IMG/VR virus record: IMGVR_UViG_3300010397_000048
Location: 730-64,729 of that record
DNA length: 64,000 nucleotides
Origin: a virus
Taxonomy: Duplodnaviria; Caudoviricetes
Strand: one strand, 5' to 3'
Both the position numbers and the translations under genes were made by a program. Each line of letters begins with the position of its first letter. The first letter of the stretch is position 1. Below, one piece after another: positions 47,654-58,235 of this stretch. Under the pieces are notes generated by a model. It was given only the letters and a program-made list of their open reading frames with translations, did no database searches and was not told the DNA's origin.

Positions 47654-48094
47654 CTATCCGCTGAACAGATCTTGTACGACTGTCCATACTTCGCGCACCC
47701 ATAAATTAATCATATCTTCATCTCTAAATTCTCTAATAGCAGGCCAGAAGAAATAACCAGCATCTTGCTTATTACCTCGCCAAATAGGGAATTGTTTATA
47801 CACATAAGCTCCAAACTCAGCACCCATAGCACCGGGCATTCCTCCATAGGAGACGGTACCCCCGCCAGTTTGCTTAAGTGTTACAGCGAAATGTGTTTGC
47901 TGCGGACCTTCTTGAATTGCAAGTTGTTTTGCAGTGGTATAGACTGTAGCCGCAGCAATAGTCTGAAATACTTTTTCAGCTCTCGCCATCTGAGACGGGA
48001 TAACTCCCATATCTTTTAGGAATCCTTGTAATCCTTCAATGGTGGCATTTACCGGTTGTCTCCGACTAGTGCCACGACTACGTGTCTGTGCCAT
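47654..48094 (-). CDS. neck/tail-completion protein (HK97 gp10-like)
   Basis: IEGL...GAEFG...GYFFWPA. Confidence 0.6.
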   Translation of the reverse strand: MAQTRSRGTSRRQPVNATIEGLQGFLKDMGVIPSQMARAEKVFQTIAAATVYTTAKQLAIQEGPQQTHFAVTLKQTGGGTVSYGGMPGAMGAEFGAYVYKQFPIWRGNKQDAGYFFWPAIREFRDEDMINLWVREVWTVVQDLFSG

Positions 48095-48103
48095 CTTAAA
48101 TCC

Positions 48104-49126
48104 TTACTGAAGAACAGTTGCATCCTGTGACTTATAAGTAACAGTGATAGGTGAAGTCGATCCGTCATACAGCCCAACACCACTGAAAGTCTGCTCTAGC
48201 ATTCCATCACCATCAACATTTGGCCCACCCTCATCAAATCGAGCAACTGGAATATCGATAGTAATACATGGATAAAGTGGAGTAGAAGTACCAGGAATTG
48301 AAATTAATCCTACCCACTTAGCTTGCAAAGTTGCATAAGAACCTGCAACTGTAGCAGAGCTTACCTTTTCCCAAAGGTTGTTATCAGCATAAGTAGTAGT
48401 AAATGACCAAGTAACTTCACGCTTACCATCTTGAATCGGTTCACGCTTAGATGCGCCCTGGCGAATGAAATATCGATCAACATTCAAGGAGTTATCTACA
48501 CCTATAGTTACTTCGCTAATATCGTAAGCAGTACCACCTACGCTAATAGTTCCCTGATCCCATACGAAAACATTCGCACCAGTTGGCGAACTGGGCAATG
48601 CAGTCAATGCAGTTCCAGCATAAACACCAGCGGGGGAATCTGGATTGGATTCTAATTCAAAGTCCATATTCACAGTGCATCGAAGAGTCTGATCAACTGA
48701 ATTACTAAATTCGTAACTAGTTACCTTTCCACCTTCATATGTCCAAGGTCGTCCAACTCCGCCTTCATCGAAACGAATAACTTGAACAGTTAAATTCTTA
48801 CCATTCAAACTGTTAATGGTTCCAGTATGAGTATAGGCAGCAGTTTCAACAGGACCAGTAGTAGCAACCTGTCCCATCATGAAGTTAAGCCATGCTCCAA
48901 ATCCTCTGGTGAATGGCTCTAAGGTTACTGATCCTTCAGCACCTTTCTTATTCACTGAGAATCTGTCAGAACGCATTACATAGGCACCGGAAAGTGCTTC
49001 CGCATTTGTACGCTCATATTTACCTGCAAAATCCTCACTCATAATTTCAAAGCTGTCGGTAATGGCAACGGCAGTACCGTAAGTGGTTTCCTTCCCTATA
49101 CCGAAGCGAGTCAATGATCCTGACAT
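48104..49126 (-). CDS. major tail (tube) protein
   Basis: GIGKETTYGTAV start; position in the module. Confidence 0.85.
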   Translation of the reverse strand: MSGSLTRFGIGKETTYGTAVAITDSFEIMSEDFAGKYERTNAEALSGAYVMRSDRFSVNKKGAEGSVTLEPFTRGFGAWLNFMMGQVATTGPVETAAYTHTGTINSLNGKNLTVQVIRFDEGGVGRPWTYEGGKVTSYEFSNSVDQTLRCTVNMDFELESNPDSPAGVYAGTALTALPSSPTGANVFVWDQGTISVGGTAYDISEVTIGVDNSLNVDRYFIRQGASKREPIQDGKREVTWSFTTTYADNNLWEKVSSATVAGSYATLQAKWVGLISIPGTSTPLYPCITIDIPVARFDEGGPNVDGDGMLEQTFSGVGLYDGSTSPITVTYKSQDATVLQ

Positions 49127-49144
49127 TTAGTCATTCTCCTTTTC

Positions 49145-49606
49145 TTATTTACGCGCAGTAACATTCACTTGCAATGCCATGAATGCAGCGCGTCCACCTT
49201 CAGCACCACCAGGACCCTCACCAAGTCCAATGGGGACAATGCCGATTCGAACCAATCCGGGAGCGGCGGTGGCAAATAAATCATAATGCCCAACCATGTC
49301 CTCTAGATCTTGCATAATGGCTTTCGCTTTTGCATTGGCATCTGATTGAGTTTCATCATTATCATTGATCTCAATGCCAACTCTAATGTTGTATTCTTCC
49401 TCACGCGATGGTGGGGTTCGACCGAATGCAACATTCTGATCTAATGCCCATACAATTTCCCCGACCCATAAAAGTTGTCTAGGCCGCTGGGTACCAGAAT
49501 AGGCACTGTCCCAAATTGCATCATCACTTGCTAAAGCTGATAGGGCAGATCGCAATTTCGATTGTGCAATAAGACGATCCTTAATATCGAATGCAGTAGT
49601 ACCCAT
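49145..49606 (-). CDS. tail terminator-like protein
   Basis: REEEYNI motif; immediately upstream of the tube gene. Confidence 0.6.
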   Translation of the reverse strand: MGTTAFDIKDRLIAQSKLRSALSALASDDAIWDSAYSGTQRPRQLLWVGEIVWALDQNVAFGRTPPSREEEYNIRVGIEINDNDETQSDANAKAKAIMQDLEDMVGHYDLFATAAPGLVRIGIVPIGLGEGPGGAEGGRAAFMALQVNVTARK

Positions 49607-50496
49607 TAATAAACACCCGCCCCACCATCTAACGTATAACGACGTAGAACTACGTCAATATCCGGTACTCCTGTTTCAGATCCTCTTTCTCCAGGAGTAG
49701 CCAGATTAACCTGACCAATATCAGGAAGCAACATAGTAGTTGCTCTTTCATCGATAGTAGACTTTAATCCTAATAAATTCTGTTTTGCTCTCTTCAATGC
49801 CTTAGTCTTAATAGGAATTGGAACCTGTTTCATTCCGTACTCATACTCGGCTGAGATCGGGTAATACAAAGTATCATAATTAAATAAATTAGTAGCATAG
49901 TTAGTTACATGAATACCTCTTGGAGAATGCTTGTCTCTAACTAAATAACCACTAGTGTAATATGATAAATGATCTTGTCCAGCTTGAGAAAGTACAGTAA
50001 ACACATTAGCTTCAGGCTTCTCTGTCCAAATCATCCATTCATCAGAGTCAGTTTCCAATGAAGCTTCTCGCCAGAATCTAGGAACAAATGCACGATGACA
50101 AATGTCTTCAAACTCCGATTCTACTTGATCTCTCGCATCAGCTAGCATAGAATCTGGATATTTAGTTGTGTTTGCAAAAGTTGACTCGTATGATCTTAAT
50201 TCTCCGAGAGAGAAATAAAATCCACCAACAATTTCTACTTCTGATGTAATAGTTACTGGTGTTCCAGTAAACGAACCAGTCCACGATAGAGTAAGAAAAT
50301 TTAGAGCAGATTGAGCCGGAATCACAACAGAATAAACTCCAACCGCAGGCTGATTTGTTGCAGTTGTACTAAGCAAAGTAGAGCCATCAGCTTTTTTAGC
50401 TACTACTGTAACTGCGCCATCAGCTTCTACTGCGGTTGTTCCATTGTAGAAGGTTACGCTGACTGTGGCAGCAGTATTTCGCAAGACACGTTCCAC
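49606..50496 (-). CDS. head-tail adaptor-like protein
   Basis: FE..CHRAFVPR; TGVPDIDVVLRRY C-terminus. Confidence 0.7.
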   Translation of the reverse strand: MERVLRNTAATVSVTFYNGTTAVEADGAVTVVAKKADGSTLLSTTATNQPAVGVYSVVIPAQSALNFLTLSWTGSFTGTPVTITSEVEIVGGFYFSLGELRSYESTFANTTKYPDSMLADARDQVESEFEDICHRAFVPRFWREASLETDSDEWMIWTEKPEANVFTVLSQAGQDHLSYYTSGYLVRDKHSPRGIHVTNYATNLFNYDTLYYPISAEYEYGMKQVPIPIKTKALKRAKQNLLGLKSTIDERATTMLLPDIGQVNLATPGERGSETGVPDIDVVLRRYTLDGGAGVY

Positions 50497-52437
50497 TTAA
50501 CCTCCTTCAATGATAATTGTAGACGAAGTCGATCCTTCATAATTATTAGACGATGCACTATCTGCTTCCATTCCATTAGAGGTAACTGCTCCAAATTCGA
50601 TAAGAGTAAATACCCATGGAGGGTTAGCTTGTCCTACTGCCAAAAGTGTCAGAATTGAAGAAAGATTAGCTACTCCATTATAGACAACAGGAATAAATCC
50701 GGTAGCAAACAATGTGGACTGTGCACTTAATACAGACGATCCAAGTTTTGTAATAACTCCAGTTACTGCCAAAGTGGTTGTCGTGCTTAGACCACTAGCG
50801 GCAAATGTACTTGCTTTTCCGTTAGCTGCCAACGAAAGATCAGCACTAAGGTTAGCTGTCCCAATTCTTGCAATAACCGCTGTTACAGATAATGCACTAT
50901 CCGCAGAAAGGAATGCAGTAATCGGTAATGCACCAACAGTTCCCGAAGCTGTCAAAGTAAGAATTGCTGATAGTGCAGAAACACCAGTTGTTGAAACTAA
51001 TGAATTTGCTACCAATGTCATATTCTGACTCAGGCTTGCTGTTCCTAGTCTAGTGATTATGCCACTTACTGTCATTGTTGCATTTTGACTTAGTGTCACA
51101 GAAGGAAGCTCTGTAACCAATGCGGCAACAGTCATTGTAGACTGTCCACTTAAAGCAGCACTAGGACCCGAAGTAATAACGGTTCCTGTTGCTGATAATG
51201 TGGCAATAGCACTTTGAGAACTGGTACCGAATACAGTTACTAAATTACCAATTGCTAGATTCGTCTGTGCGGTTTCGGCACTAGCTCCTAGCACAGTAAC
51301 TAGTGCTGACGTATTCTGATTGGCTTGAATAGTAAAAGCAGCCGACGCTAGAACAGCGTTCAAAGCTGCAACCGTCAGAATTGCTTGTCCTGTAAGAGCG
51401 GCAGAGGGTAATTCAGTGATTAAAGCACTAGCAACTAATGTCGCATTCTGACTTAAACTTGCATCTCCTTTGACAGTCGGAATTGCAACCATTGTTGAAT
51501 TCTGACTCAGGCTGGCAGAAGCCAATACTGTGTTTAATGCAGGAGTTACCATAGCAGACATTGCGCTTAATCCAGCGCTCGGTAACTCAGTTACTAAAGC
51601 ACTAGCTGCTAATGTTGAATCTTGACTTAATGCAGCATCGCCATTAACAACCGGAGTCCCGCCGCCACCCACATTCACCGCAATAGATACACTTGCCCAT
51701 GCACCAATTGAAGAACTAAATGTCCATGTTCGTGTTCCCGTAGCACCGGCTGAAGTTAATACTTCTGTTCCTAATGAAGTTGTGAATGCGAACGATGGAT
51801 CATTAGTTGTAGCTCTTTTAGTAGTACCAGCAGGTGGAGTATATGTACCACCAACAGCACCAAGTGTAGTCGGCATTGTTAAAAGAATATCAGTTGTGCC
51901 ACTCGTGGTTACTGTCGGACAAACTTGGGACGCCGATGCAGGCCCATTGTTTCCGGCCGCACCATCCACAGTGTATGATCCACTATTAAATACCACAACA
52001 AAAAGTGCATGCTCTTCACCACTAACGGTAGGTTGCACAGTAATCGTTTGTGTGCCACCAGTTGCTGAACCACTCCATACTCTTACGTGAGACGATAATG
52101 TTCCATTATCTCCGCTTGCTTGAAGTGTCCACGATCCCGTAGTAGGAGGAGTAAGATTTACTAAATCATTGTAGTCATTAGAATGGAATACTAAAATTAA
52201 GTCACCGGCCACAGTTCCTGAACCGGTATTTACCGAAATATCAACTCCTGATCCCTCATTAGAAAGAATCTCTCTAATATAAGACATAGCATCTGGACCA
52301 GAAGAAAGACTAGCTAGTAATTGTTGCTTTAAGGCTTTTGGGTATGCGGACGGTGACGGACCAACTAATAATCCGCCTGCCGTTACAATGTCACTGGTGA
52401 GCGGGGTCCGGCCCGCCGTATAAATTGGGCCGGGCAT
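50497..52437 (-). CDS. large A/T/S-rich virion protein with ~25-aa repeats
   Basis: Recurrent A.LS....L.A.A.V pattern; AGDLILVF domain. Confidence 0.7.
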   Translation of the reverse strand: MPGPIYTAGRTPLTSDIVTAGGLLVGPSPSAYPKALKQQLLASLSSGPDAMSYIREILSNEGSGVDISVNTGSGTVAGDLILVFHSNDYNDLVNLTPPTTGSWTLQASGDNGTLSSHVRVWSGSATGGTQTITVQPTVSGEEHALFVVVFNSGSYTVDGAAGNNGPASASQVCPTVTTSGTTDILLTMPTTLGAVGGTYTPPAGTTKRATTNDPSFAFTTSLGTEVLTSAGATGTRTWTFSSSIGAWASVSIAVNVGGGGTPVVNGDAALSQDSTLAASALVTELPSAGLSAMSAMVTPALNTVLASASLSQNSTMVAIPTVKGDASLSQNATLVASALITELPSAALTGQAILTVAALNAVLASAAFTIQANQNTSALVTVLGASAETAQTNLAIGNLVTVFGTSSQSAIATLSATGTVITSGPSAALSGQSTMTVAALVTELPSVTLSQNATMTVSGIITRLGTASLSQNMTLVANSLVSTTGVSALSAILTLTASGTVGALPITAFLSADSALSVTAVIARIGTANLSADLSLAANGKASTFAASGLSTTTTLAVTGVITKLGSSVLSAQSTLFATGFIPVVYNGVANLSSILTLLAVGQANPPWVFTLIEFGAVTSNGMEADSASSNNYEGSTSSTIIIEGG

Positions 52438-52441
52438 AGGC

Positions 52442-52882
52442 TTACTCCAATACCTTTACATAAACATCATAAGTGACAGCGGAAGAAGAAATCTGCCAAA
52501 TAACAGGAGCTGTTGTTGTAGTAATAGATGCTGGAACAGTGAATTCGCCAGGTGCCCATGTCCAAATCACACCAGCTCCGATTACTGCTGGTAATTGAAT
52601 TCTTCGCATAAACACTGACGGAGCAGTAACACCAGAAGCATAAGAAGTAAGGTTAGAAGTTCCCGCTTCATCTGCGGTATCCATTGCCTGTACCAATACA
52701 CTAGTAGGAGTTGCGCCTGTTCCTGTCGCTCTGCCTAATCCAAATTCACCAGCAACAGCAGTTGTTGCAAATACACCAATTTCTAGAATTGATGCACGTC
52801 TAGTACCAGTAGTGATACTGAGAATTTGCCCGGCTGCTGCACCAGTTGTTTTCGTAGTCGCAGCTTCATAAATACGTGCCAT
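52442..52882 (-). CDS. virion structural protein
   Basis: T/A-rich; in the head-tail module. Confidence 0.65.
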   Translation of the reverse strand: MARIYEAATTKTTGAAAGQILSITTGTRRASILEIGVFATTAVAGEFGLGRATGTGATPTSVLVQAMDTADEAGTSNLTSYASGVTAPSVFMRRIQLPAVIGAGVIWTWAPGEFTVPASITTTTAPVIWQISSSAVTYDVYVKVLE

Positions 52883-52898
52883 GTACTCACACTCCTAA

Positions 52899-53294
52899 TT
52901 AGGCAAGCGTCATGGTCAATTGTCCGGATGTAATCGTAAACGTATCACCCGAGTTTGTTGTCTTGCTTGCTGATAAAGCGCCATAAGCAAGTCGAACTGG
53001 AGAACCAGCAGTATCCCAAATTTCAACACCAACAATTGTTGCAGCAGGCATGTTAGTCCAACTAACATCGGCATTAGTAGCAACGGCACCAGAAGCTGCG
53101 GCAGCAAAAACAACAGTCGATCCGCCAGCAGTATATCCACCACTAGTTCCCAATTCTGTTCCCGCTGATGAATCGCTTCCATTTGCTGTCATCAGTTTTA
53201 ACTTTAATGGCAGAGTCGGGCGAGTCGCTGTCTGGTTATTGAATAAGAAATTCAGCGCAAGATTCTCAGCAGCGTCAGTAAGGTTATCAGCCAT
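52899..53294 (-). CDS. virion fibre/decoration-like protein
   Basis: EN.ALN..F; GYT; IWD..G..L.YGAL...KT..SGD.F pattern. Confidence 0.7.
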   Translation of the reverse strand: MADNLTDAAENLALNFLFNNQTATRPTLPLKLKLMTANGSDSSAGTELGTSGGYTAGGSTVVFAAAASGAVATNADVSWTNMPAATIVGVEIWDTAGSPVRLAYGALSASKTTNSGDTFTITSGQLTMTLA

Positions 53295-53656
53295 TACTCA
53301 ATCCTCCGCAATCTTGTATTTACATCATGTAATTGGGCAGATACTTCTTTAAGCTCTTGCCGCAATGTACTATTTTCACATTTAAGTTCAGTAATTTCCT
53401 CTTCTAGTTCATTGATTCGTTTTTCACATTCTTCATTCGAGGTCTTCAATGTTCTCTCCATCAGTAGAAGGGCACCTTCGGCTCCGCGAATAACAATAGA
53501 ATCGCGTTCAACGTCGGAAATTGCTTGTTTCTTATTTAATTCTTTTTGCTCTTTGTTAAGTTGTCTTCTTCGATCAATAAACTTGATTCCGGCACCGAAT
53601 AAGGAAATCAACATTGCCAAAAGAGCAATAATAGTCCCTGCTTCTAATCCGAACAC
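53294..53656 (-). CDS. TM plus coiled-coil protein
   Basis: N-terminal TM helix followed by heptads. Confidence 0.7.
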   Translation of the reverse strand: MFGLEAGTIIALLAMLISLFGAGIKFIDRRRQLNKEQKELNKKQAISDVERDSIVIRGAEGALLLMERTLKTSNEECEKRINELEEEITELKCENSTLRQELKEVSAQLHDVNTRLRRIE

Positions 53657-53661
53657 CGGCG

Positions 53662-54156
53662 CTACTCCTTGTCTTCTTTAGCCCGTAGAAAATGCCATCT
53701 AAGTCTACCTGATAGCTTAATTAATCTACCTAATACCCAATAGCGCGCAGCCATCGCCAATACAAATAACATGTAAGTAACAAAGGCAATCCAAGATCCG
53801 GGAAGAAGTGTAGTAAGTGCTAAGGCATAAACAAACGCACCAGATAAGAGTAATAATACTCCAATTTGTTCCATTCTAAAATCACTACCAACAATTCCCC
53901 AAATAGTGATTCCTCCACCTAGCAAAAATTGACCAGCCCATAAATCAACCAACCAGAAGGGAAGTAGCTTAACTAAACTTCCAGAAGCTAATGATAATCC
54001 AACAGGATCAATAATAACTGGTATTCCAGTTAAAACTGCAACAATTGCTAGAAAGAACTCGACCGAAGTTAAAACGATAGAGTAGAATACTCGTCTCCAA
54101 AGTTTATGTTCTGTGCCTTCAAGTTCGGGCATTAAAACAAGTCTGTCTGGCATCAA
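53662..54156 (-). CDS. 4-TM membrane protein
   Basis: Hydrophobic segments. Confidence 0.7.
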   Translation of the reverse strand: MMPDRLVLMPELEGTEHKLWRRVFYSIVLTSVEFFLAIVAVLTGIPVIIDPVGLSLASGSLVKLLPFWLVDLWAGQFLLGGGITIWGIVGSDFRMEQIGVLLLLSGAFVYALALTTLLPGSWIAFVTYMLFVLAMAARYWVLGRLIKLSGRLRWHFLRAKEDKE

Positions 54157-54170
54157 TGCTCTCCCCTATC

Positions 54171-54216
54171 TAAAGTGGACTGTGCCCCGTCGTGAGATTC
54201 GAGGCACAGTCCCTTT
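54171..54216 (-). terminator. terminator after the capsid gene
   Basis: GGACTGTGCC...GGCACAGTCC flanked by A/T runs. Confidence 0.65.
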
Positions 54217-54254
54217 CTATATGTAATTATAAGTTGTCCCTACAGGACAGAGAA

Positions 54255-55556
54255 TTATGTAATAGAGTTTAGAGCAGAGAACGCATCGTCATCGATTGCG
54301 TCACCATCGGCACGCATTACAGCCTTTACAGACAATAGGTCATTAACCCATGCAAATTCCATCGACCATTCGATACGAACATCCTTCACCATGCGCACGT
54401 AGTACGCTGAGAAGTCACCAAATAGCGCAGTAACACCAGCATTGGACGCAGCAACTGGAATATTCGGATCAGTCAATAGCGGATAACCCAAGAAAGTATC
54501 AGGAGCACCAGCAGTCTGTAGATTCGGTTCCCAAGCGTAAACAGAACCCATCTTCAACTTACGTAGCGAGAATGAAGAAGAATCGTTTACAAGCCACTTA
54601 CCATTACGACGGTATCCAGGCTTTACCTTTCCGATTACATCGAAGAACTTATCGAAATCAGTAGTATCCCACAAACCACCTGCGGCAGTAGACACCTTGT
54701 TTCCAGCCTGAACAACAGTACGTACACCACGAGGTTCACCGGTTCCAGTTCCAAGAGTTAAGTCATAACCAATGAAGTTAGAAAGGTTACGTCCAAGAAC
54801 TTGTCCCAATAGCGCTTCGATATCGAGAACACCATCCTCGACCAATTCACGAGAAACCTGCGTGTATTGTGCATACTTATAAGCGTCCAACTGAACCTGA
54901 TCAAAACGAGGTTCACCTTCAAGAATAGGTCCGGCTTCTGCGACCTTTGCATTGGCCTGAGTGAATGCGGAACCACCAGGAGTAAGAACTAATGAAGTCA
55001 ATCGAGGTAGCTTCATAGTTTCACCTGAATTGGTACGCAAAACAGTAGGTCCAGCCTGTAGAACAGCAGAATCATCAAATAGCTTCTGGTATAGGGTTTC
55101 TACCAAAGTAGTTGGAACGGTTGCCCCACCTACGTTTGCAGTTCCTACAACCAAATCACGATGTTCTGGCAATTCCTGATAAGCCCCACCATTACGAGTT
55201 TCTCCACGACGCGATGCCGCTAGATCTTCACGCATTTTCTGTGCTAGTCCGCCGCGCTGTTCTTCACCTTTACGATCACCACGCTGACGAGCTTCATTTA
55301 CCTTTTGTACACCTGACTCGTAAGCAGCAGCAAGATCGCTGTCATTCTGAATACGATCGATTTCATCCTTAATCAATTTACCATAATGGTCAATTGATCG
55401 AGACGCCTTTTCGAATGCTTGATTGTCTTCAGCAGACAATTCCTCACCATCAGCAGCACGCTCTAGGTATTCCTTGCGAGCGTGAGCAGCAGCAATACGC
55501 TGTTCATTAAGGCGCTTTAGCAGCGGAGTTTCCGCTGGAAGATTCTCATTTGCCAT
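54255..55556 (-). CDS. HK97-family major capsid protein
   Basis: Coiled-coil delta domain, GG.TVP, VSRELVED, GTGTGEPRG, FGDFS.Y. Confidence 0.95.
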   Translation of the reverse strand: MANENLPAETPLLKRLNEQRIAAAHARKEYLERAADGEELSAEDNQAFEKASRSIDHYGKLIKDEIDRIQNDSDLAAAYESGVQKVNEARQRGDRKGEEQRGGLAQKMREDLAASRRGETRNGGAYQELPEHRDLVVGTANVGGATVPTTLVETLYQKLFDDSAVLQAGPTVLRTNSGETMKLPRLTSLVLTPGGSAFTQANAKVAEAGPILEGEPRFDQVQLDAYKYAQYTQVSRELVEDGVLDIEALLGQVLGRNLSNFIGYDLTLGTGTGEPRGVRTVVQAGNKVSTAAGGLWDTTDFDKFFDVIGKVKPGYRRNGKWLVNDSSSFSLRKLKMGSVYAWEPNLQTAGAPDTFLGYPLLTDPNIPVAASNAGVTALFGDFSAYYVRMVKDVRIEWSMEFAWVNDLLSVKAVMRADGDAIDDDAFSALNSIT

Positions 55557-55622
55557 GAGGTATTCTTCCTTTCTTTTAAAGCGATTAAAGAAAAATAACG
55601 GTGGCTTTAATCCGGCCGTCTT

Positions 55623-56375
55623 TTAGAAATTAAACTCTTCCGCCAATTGACGCAACTCATCTTGCGCAAGTAGCTTACGAGCAATTTCTTTATTTAGCTT
55701 GCTATTCTGCTGAGTGGTATTATCTGATTCCGGCTGAGAATTAGCTCTATCCTCAGTGGACTCGCCCGGCTCAAGTAGTCGTGCAATAGCTTGCTTGATT
55801 GCTTCATCAGTATCTAATGTAGAGTCGATGTCACAACCATTAATGCCACATCGCTTCGCTAAACTCGTAAGAGCATTACGACGCGCTACCCCAGAAGTGG
55901 CATCGGGGTAAGCAGGAAATGTTACTGGTGCTACGTCAATTAGACCAACTTCAATTAGACTTCTTTGCGGATAGCCTTCTTCTGTTAAATCCCAATCGTC
56001 TTGCACCTTAAAAAATGTGAATGAAGATTCACGAACATCTCTACGTTCCAAAAGCTCAGCTAAATCCTTAGCATAACTGGTATTCGGGAGTAAAGATCGA
56101 TAATATAATCCACTGTTATCAATGGACAGTTCTAAAGTACCGGCACCTGTTCGACCGATAACATATTGAGGATCATGATTCCATAGTGCACGAACATCAG
56201 CCTCGCGAATTGTTTTATTAAAAGCAGTCGGCTTAACTTTTTCAACAAAGCCACCAAGATTACCGCTACGCTTTTCGAATACAGAAGCATATCCTTCGGC
56301 ATAAATGCTCGATCCTTTTGCTCTAACTTCGACTTCACCCGTAGTCATGCGGCGCTCAAGCAGTCTTTGAGTCAT
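55623..56375 (-). CDS. HK97-family prohead protease
   Basis: GYASVF, ALWNHD, SSFTF, DVAPVTFPAYPD; start MTQRLL after GGAGG. Confidence 0.93.
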   Translation of the reverse strand: MTQRLLERRMTTGEVEVRAKGSSIYAEGYASVFEKRSGNLGGFVEKVKPTAFNKTIREADVRALWNHDPQYVIGRTGAGTLELSIDNSGLYYRSLLPNTSYAKDLAELLERRDVRESSFTFFKVQDDWDLTEEGYPQRSLIEVGLIDVAPVTFPAYPDATSGVARRNALTSLAKRCGINGCDIDSTLDTDEAIKQAIARLLEPGESTEDRANSQPESDNTTQQNSKLNKEIARKLLAQDELRQLAEEFNF

Positions 56376-56501
56376 CCTGCTTTCCTCCCTCCGAAGTAGA
56401 CACCGCTTTAGTATTACGGGCATCTGCCTTGGCTTCCTTAAAGGCTTTCCGTAAATCGTCAAGATTCAATCGATTGACAGGAAGCAAATAAACCTTACTC
56501 A

Positions 56502-57167
56502 TTAGAATGCTACCGCCTTAGCTAATGCAAACCACAGTTTGCGACTTCGAATTGCTTCGGAAATCTCTACCGATCCTTCAGCAACACTTTGCAAAGTCTC
56601 CGCTGATTGTTGCACAGCCTCTTCGGTATCGTCATCGACCACAATGGACACGAATTGTGCACCCTGGTCTAGGTATGGCTGCATTTGTTCCAGCCATCTC
56701 GCCAAATCAGCGAATCTTACATTTTCACCTTCTAGAATTGCAGCAGTTTCTGGATTTAATTGGATACCACTACTAAGATTAATTTCAAGTCCTTCAGTGT
56801 CTCCGATCACTTCCATTGCAATATCACCTAAATGTAATTGCTTAAAGAATCGGCTCTCAGGATCTCCTACCCCAGATTCAACAGAATCACTCACCACATC
56901 GCAATCACAATGCGGATGAACAGGAACATTATTAGGATCTTCATTCAATCGGCATCGTTCACAGATCTTAAGTTTTTTGATAATTCGTCGTTCTACTTTA
57001 GACGTACGAGACGCTCGGGATTCTGAATCATTTTCCGCAGCAGCAATTTTAGAAGGAAGTAATTTAATTTGTGCCTCAACTTCTTCCTTCAGAAGAGTCT
57101 TACCGGAATTATCAAAAAGGCCCTGTGGCTCATCTAATAAATTAGTCATTAGCTTGCTCCACTTCAA
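56502..57167 (-). CDS. protein with MuF-like CxxC...P.HPxCxC motif
   Basis: CERC...VPVHPHCDC; located between portal and protease. Confidence 0.55.
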   Translation of the reverse strand: MKWSKLMTNLLDEPQGLFDNSGKTLLKEEVEAQIKLLPSKIAAAENDSESRASRTSKVERRIIKKLKICERCRLNEDPNNVPVHPHCDCDVVSDSVESGVGDPESRFFKQLHLGDIAMEVIGDTEGLEINLSSGIQLNPETAAILEGENVRFADLARWLEQMQPYLDQGAQFVSIVVDDDTEEAVQQSAETLQSVAEGSVEISEAIRSRKLWFALAKAVAF

Positions 57168-57996
57168 TATTAACAGATTTACCTTTTCTTGTGACTCTTC
57201 TTACTCTGACTTTGCCTTGGAATAAGTGCTCGTCATCCATAATTCCAGAACCGACAATATCGCTAATATCTGCTGATTTCTTTGAACCAACCATTCGCAA
57301 AACTACAGCATGATCTCCGACAATTCCTAATGATTCGTTTGGCCGAGCATAGGCATAGACTTCAGCAGTTTCTCGTTTCTTTGCCCAACTAGAAATAGGC
57401 GTCTCGAAAGTATCCCCTGGTTTTGGTAAATCTTTACGATTCAAAAGAATCCCACGATATAATGGACTTCTATGAGTTGATGCAGTATCCATTCGATGTT
57501 GAAGAACAGCAGCAGCATTTCGGATATCTGCTTTTAAATTCTTTTCCTTATACGGTCCAGGTTGTCTGGTTCCATCCGGTAAGTCTTTAGCTCCCGCTTG
57601 TAATAAAGTATACTGATGTCCACCTAATGGCACATCTTCGAGAGTAGGCTTTCCTGTTTTATTATTAGCAACTGCTTTTGTAACTTGTTTATGTCCAGCA
57701 TATGATTCAGACCATAATCCACCAGCACGCTTTTCCATATTACTAGAACTCTGCCAGGGTGCGCCAAAAGGATAAACGTCATTCTGATTCATAATCATCA
57801 TGTCAGGGTCATCTTTTCCTACTTTCTCAGTAGGAGCACCAGAAGAAGAATGCTTTGCAAATTTACCAGCTTTATCGTGATAGGGATTAGCGCGAATATC
57901 ATAAACAGCTTTATCTTTAGAAGTCATTCGACCATTAGCGTCCCGATAAGGGTTGCCTCTCTTTTTCTTAGGGGCACTCTCCACAATGGCCTGCAA
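57142..57996 (-). CDS. putative ADP-ribosyltransferase (R-S-E clan) with N-terminal NPY[RH]DxxG repeats
   Basis: LYRG ... ISSW ... DEHL; GNPYRDANGRM and ANPYHDKAGKF. Confidence 0.55.
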   Translation of the reverse strand: MQAIVESAPKKKRGNPYRDANGRMTSKDKAVYDIRANPYHDKAGKFAKHSSSGAPTEKVGKDDPDMMIMNQNDVYPFGAPWQSSSNMEKRAGGLWSESYAGHKQVTKAVANNKTGKPTLEDVPLGGHQYTLLQAGAKDLPDGTRQPGPYKEKNLKADIRNAAAVLQHRMDTASTHRSPLYRGILLNRKDLPKPGDTFETPISSWAKKRETAEVYAYARPNESLGIVGDHAVVLRMVGSKKSADISDIVGSGIMDDEHLFQGKVRVRRVTRKGKSVNIEVEQAND

Positions 57997-58007
57997 AGAG
58001 TGCCATT

Positions 58008-58235
58008 CTAGAAAGGGTTATCAGGTTCACGCTTTCTAAGCTCAGTTAACAATGTTTCAGTATCCATAGTAGATGGATCTGCTGATCTTGATTGTGGTTC
58101 CTCGTCATCGATTTCAGGACTTAATTCAGGAATTCCTTCATCTTCAACATCAAACTGAACAGTATCAAACCATTCTTTTAATAATGCTGCTTCTTCTTCA
58201 GCAGTAAAGGTATGAGCTTCATAAACATCAGTCAT
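58008..58235 (-). CDS. acidic hypothetical protein
   Basis: TAATG coupling to the portal gene. Confidence 0.6.
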   Translation of the reverse strand: MTDVYEAHTFTAEEEAALLKEWFDTVQFDVEDEGIPELSPEIDDEEPQSRSADPSTMDTETLLTELRKREPDNPF

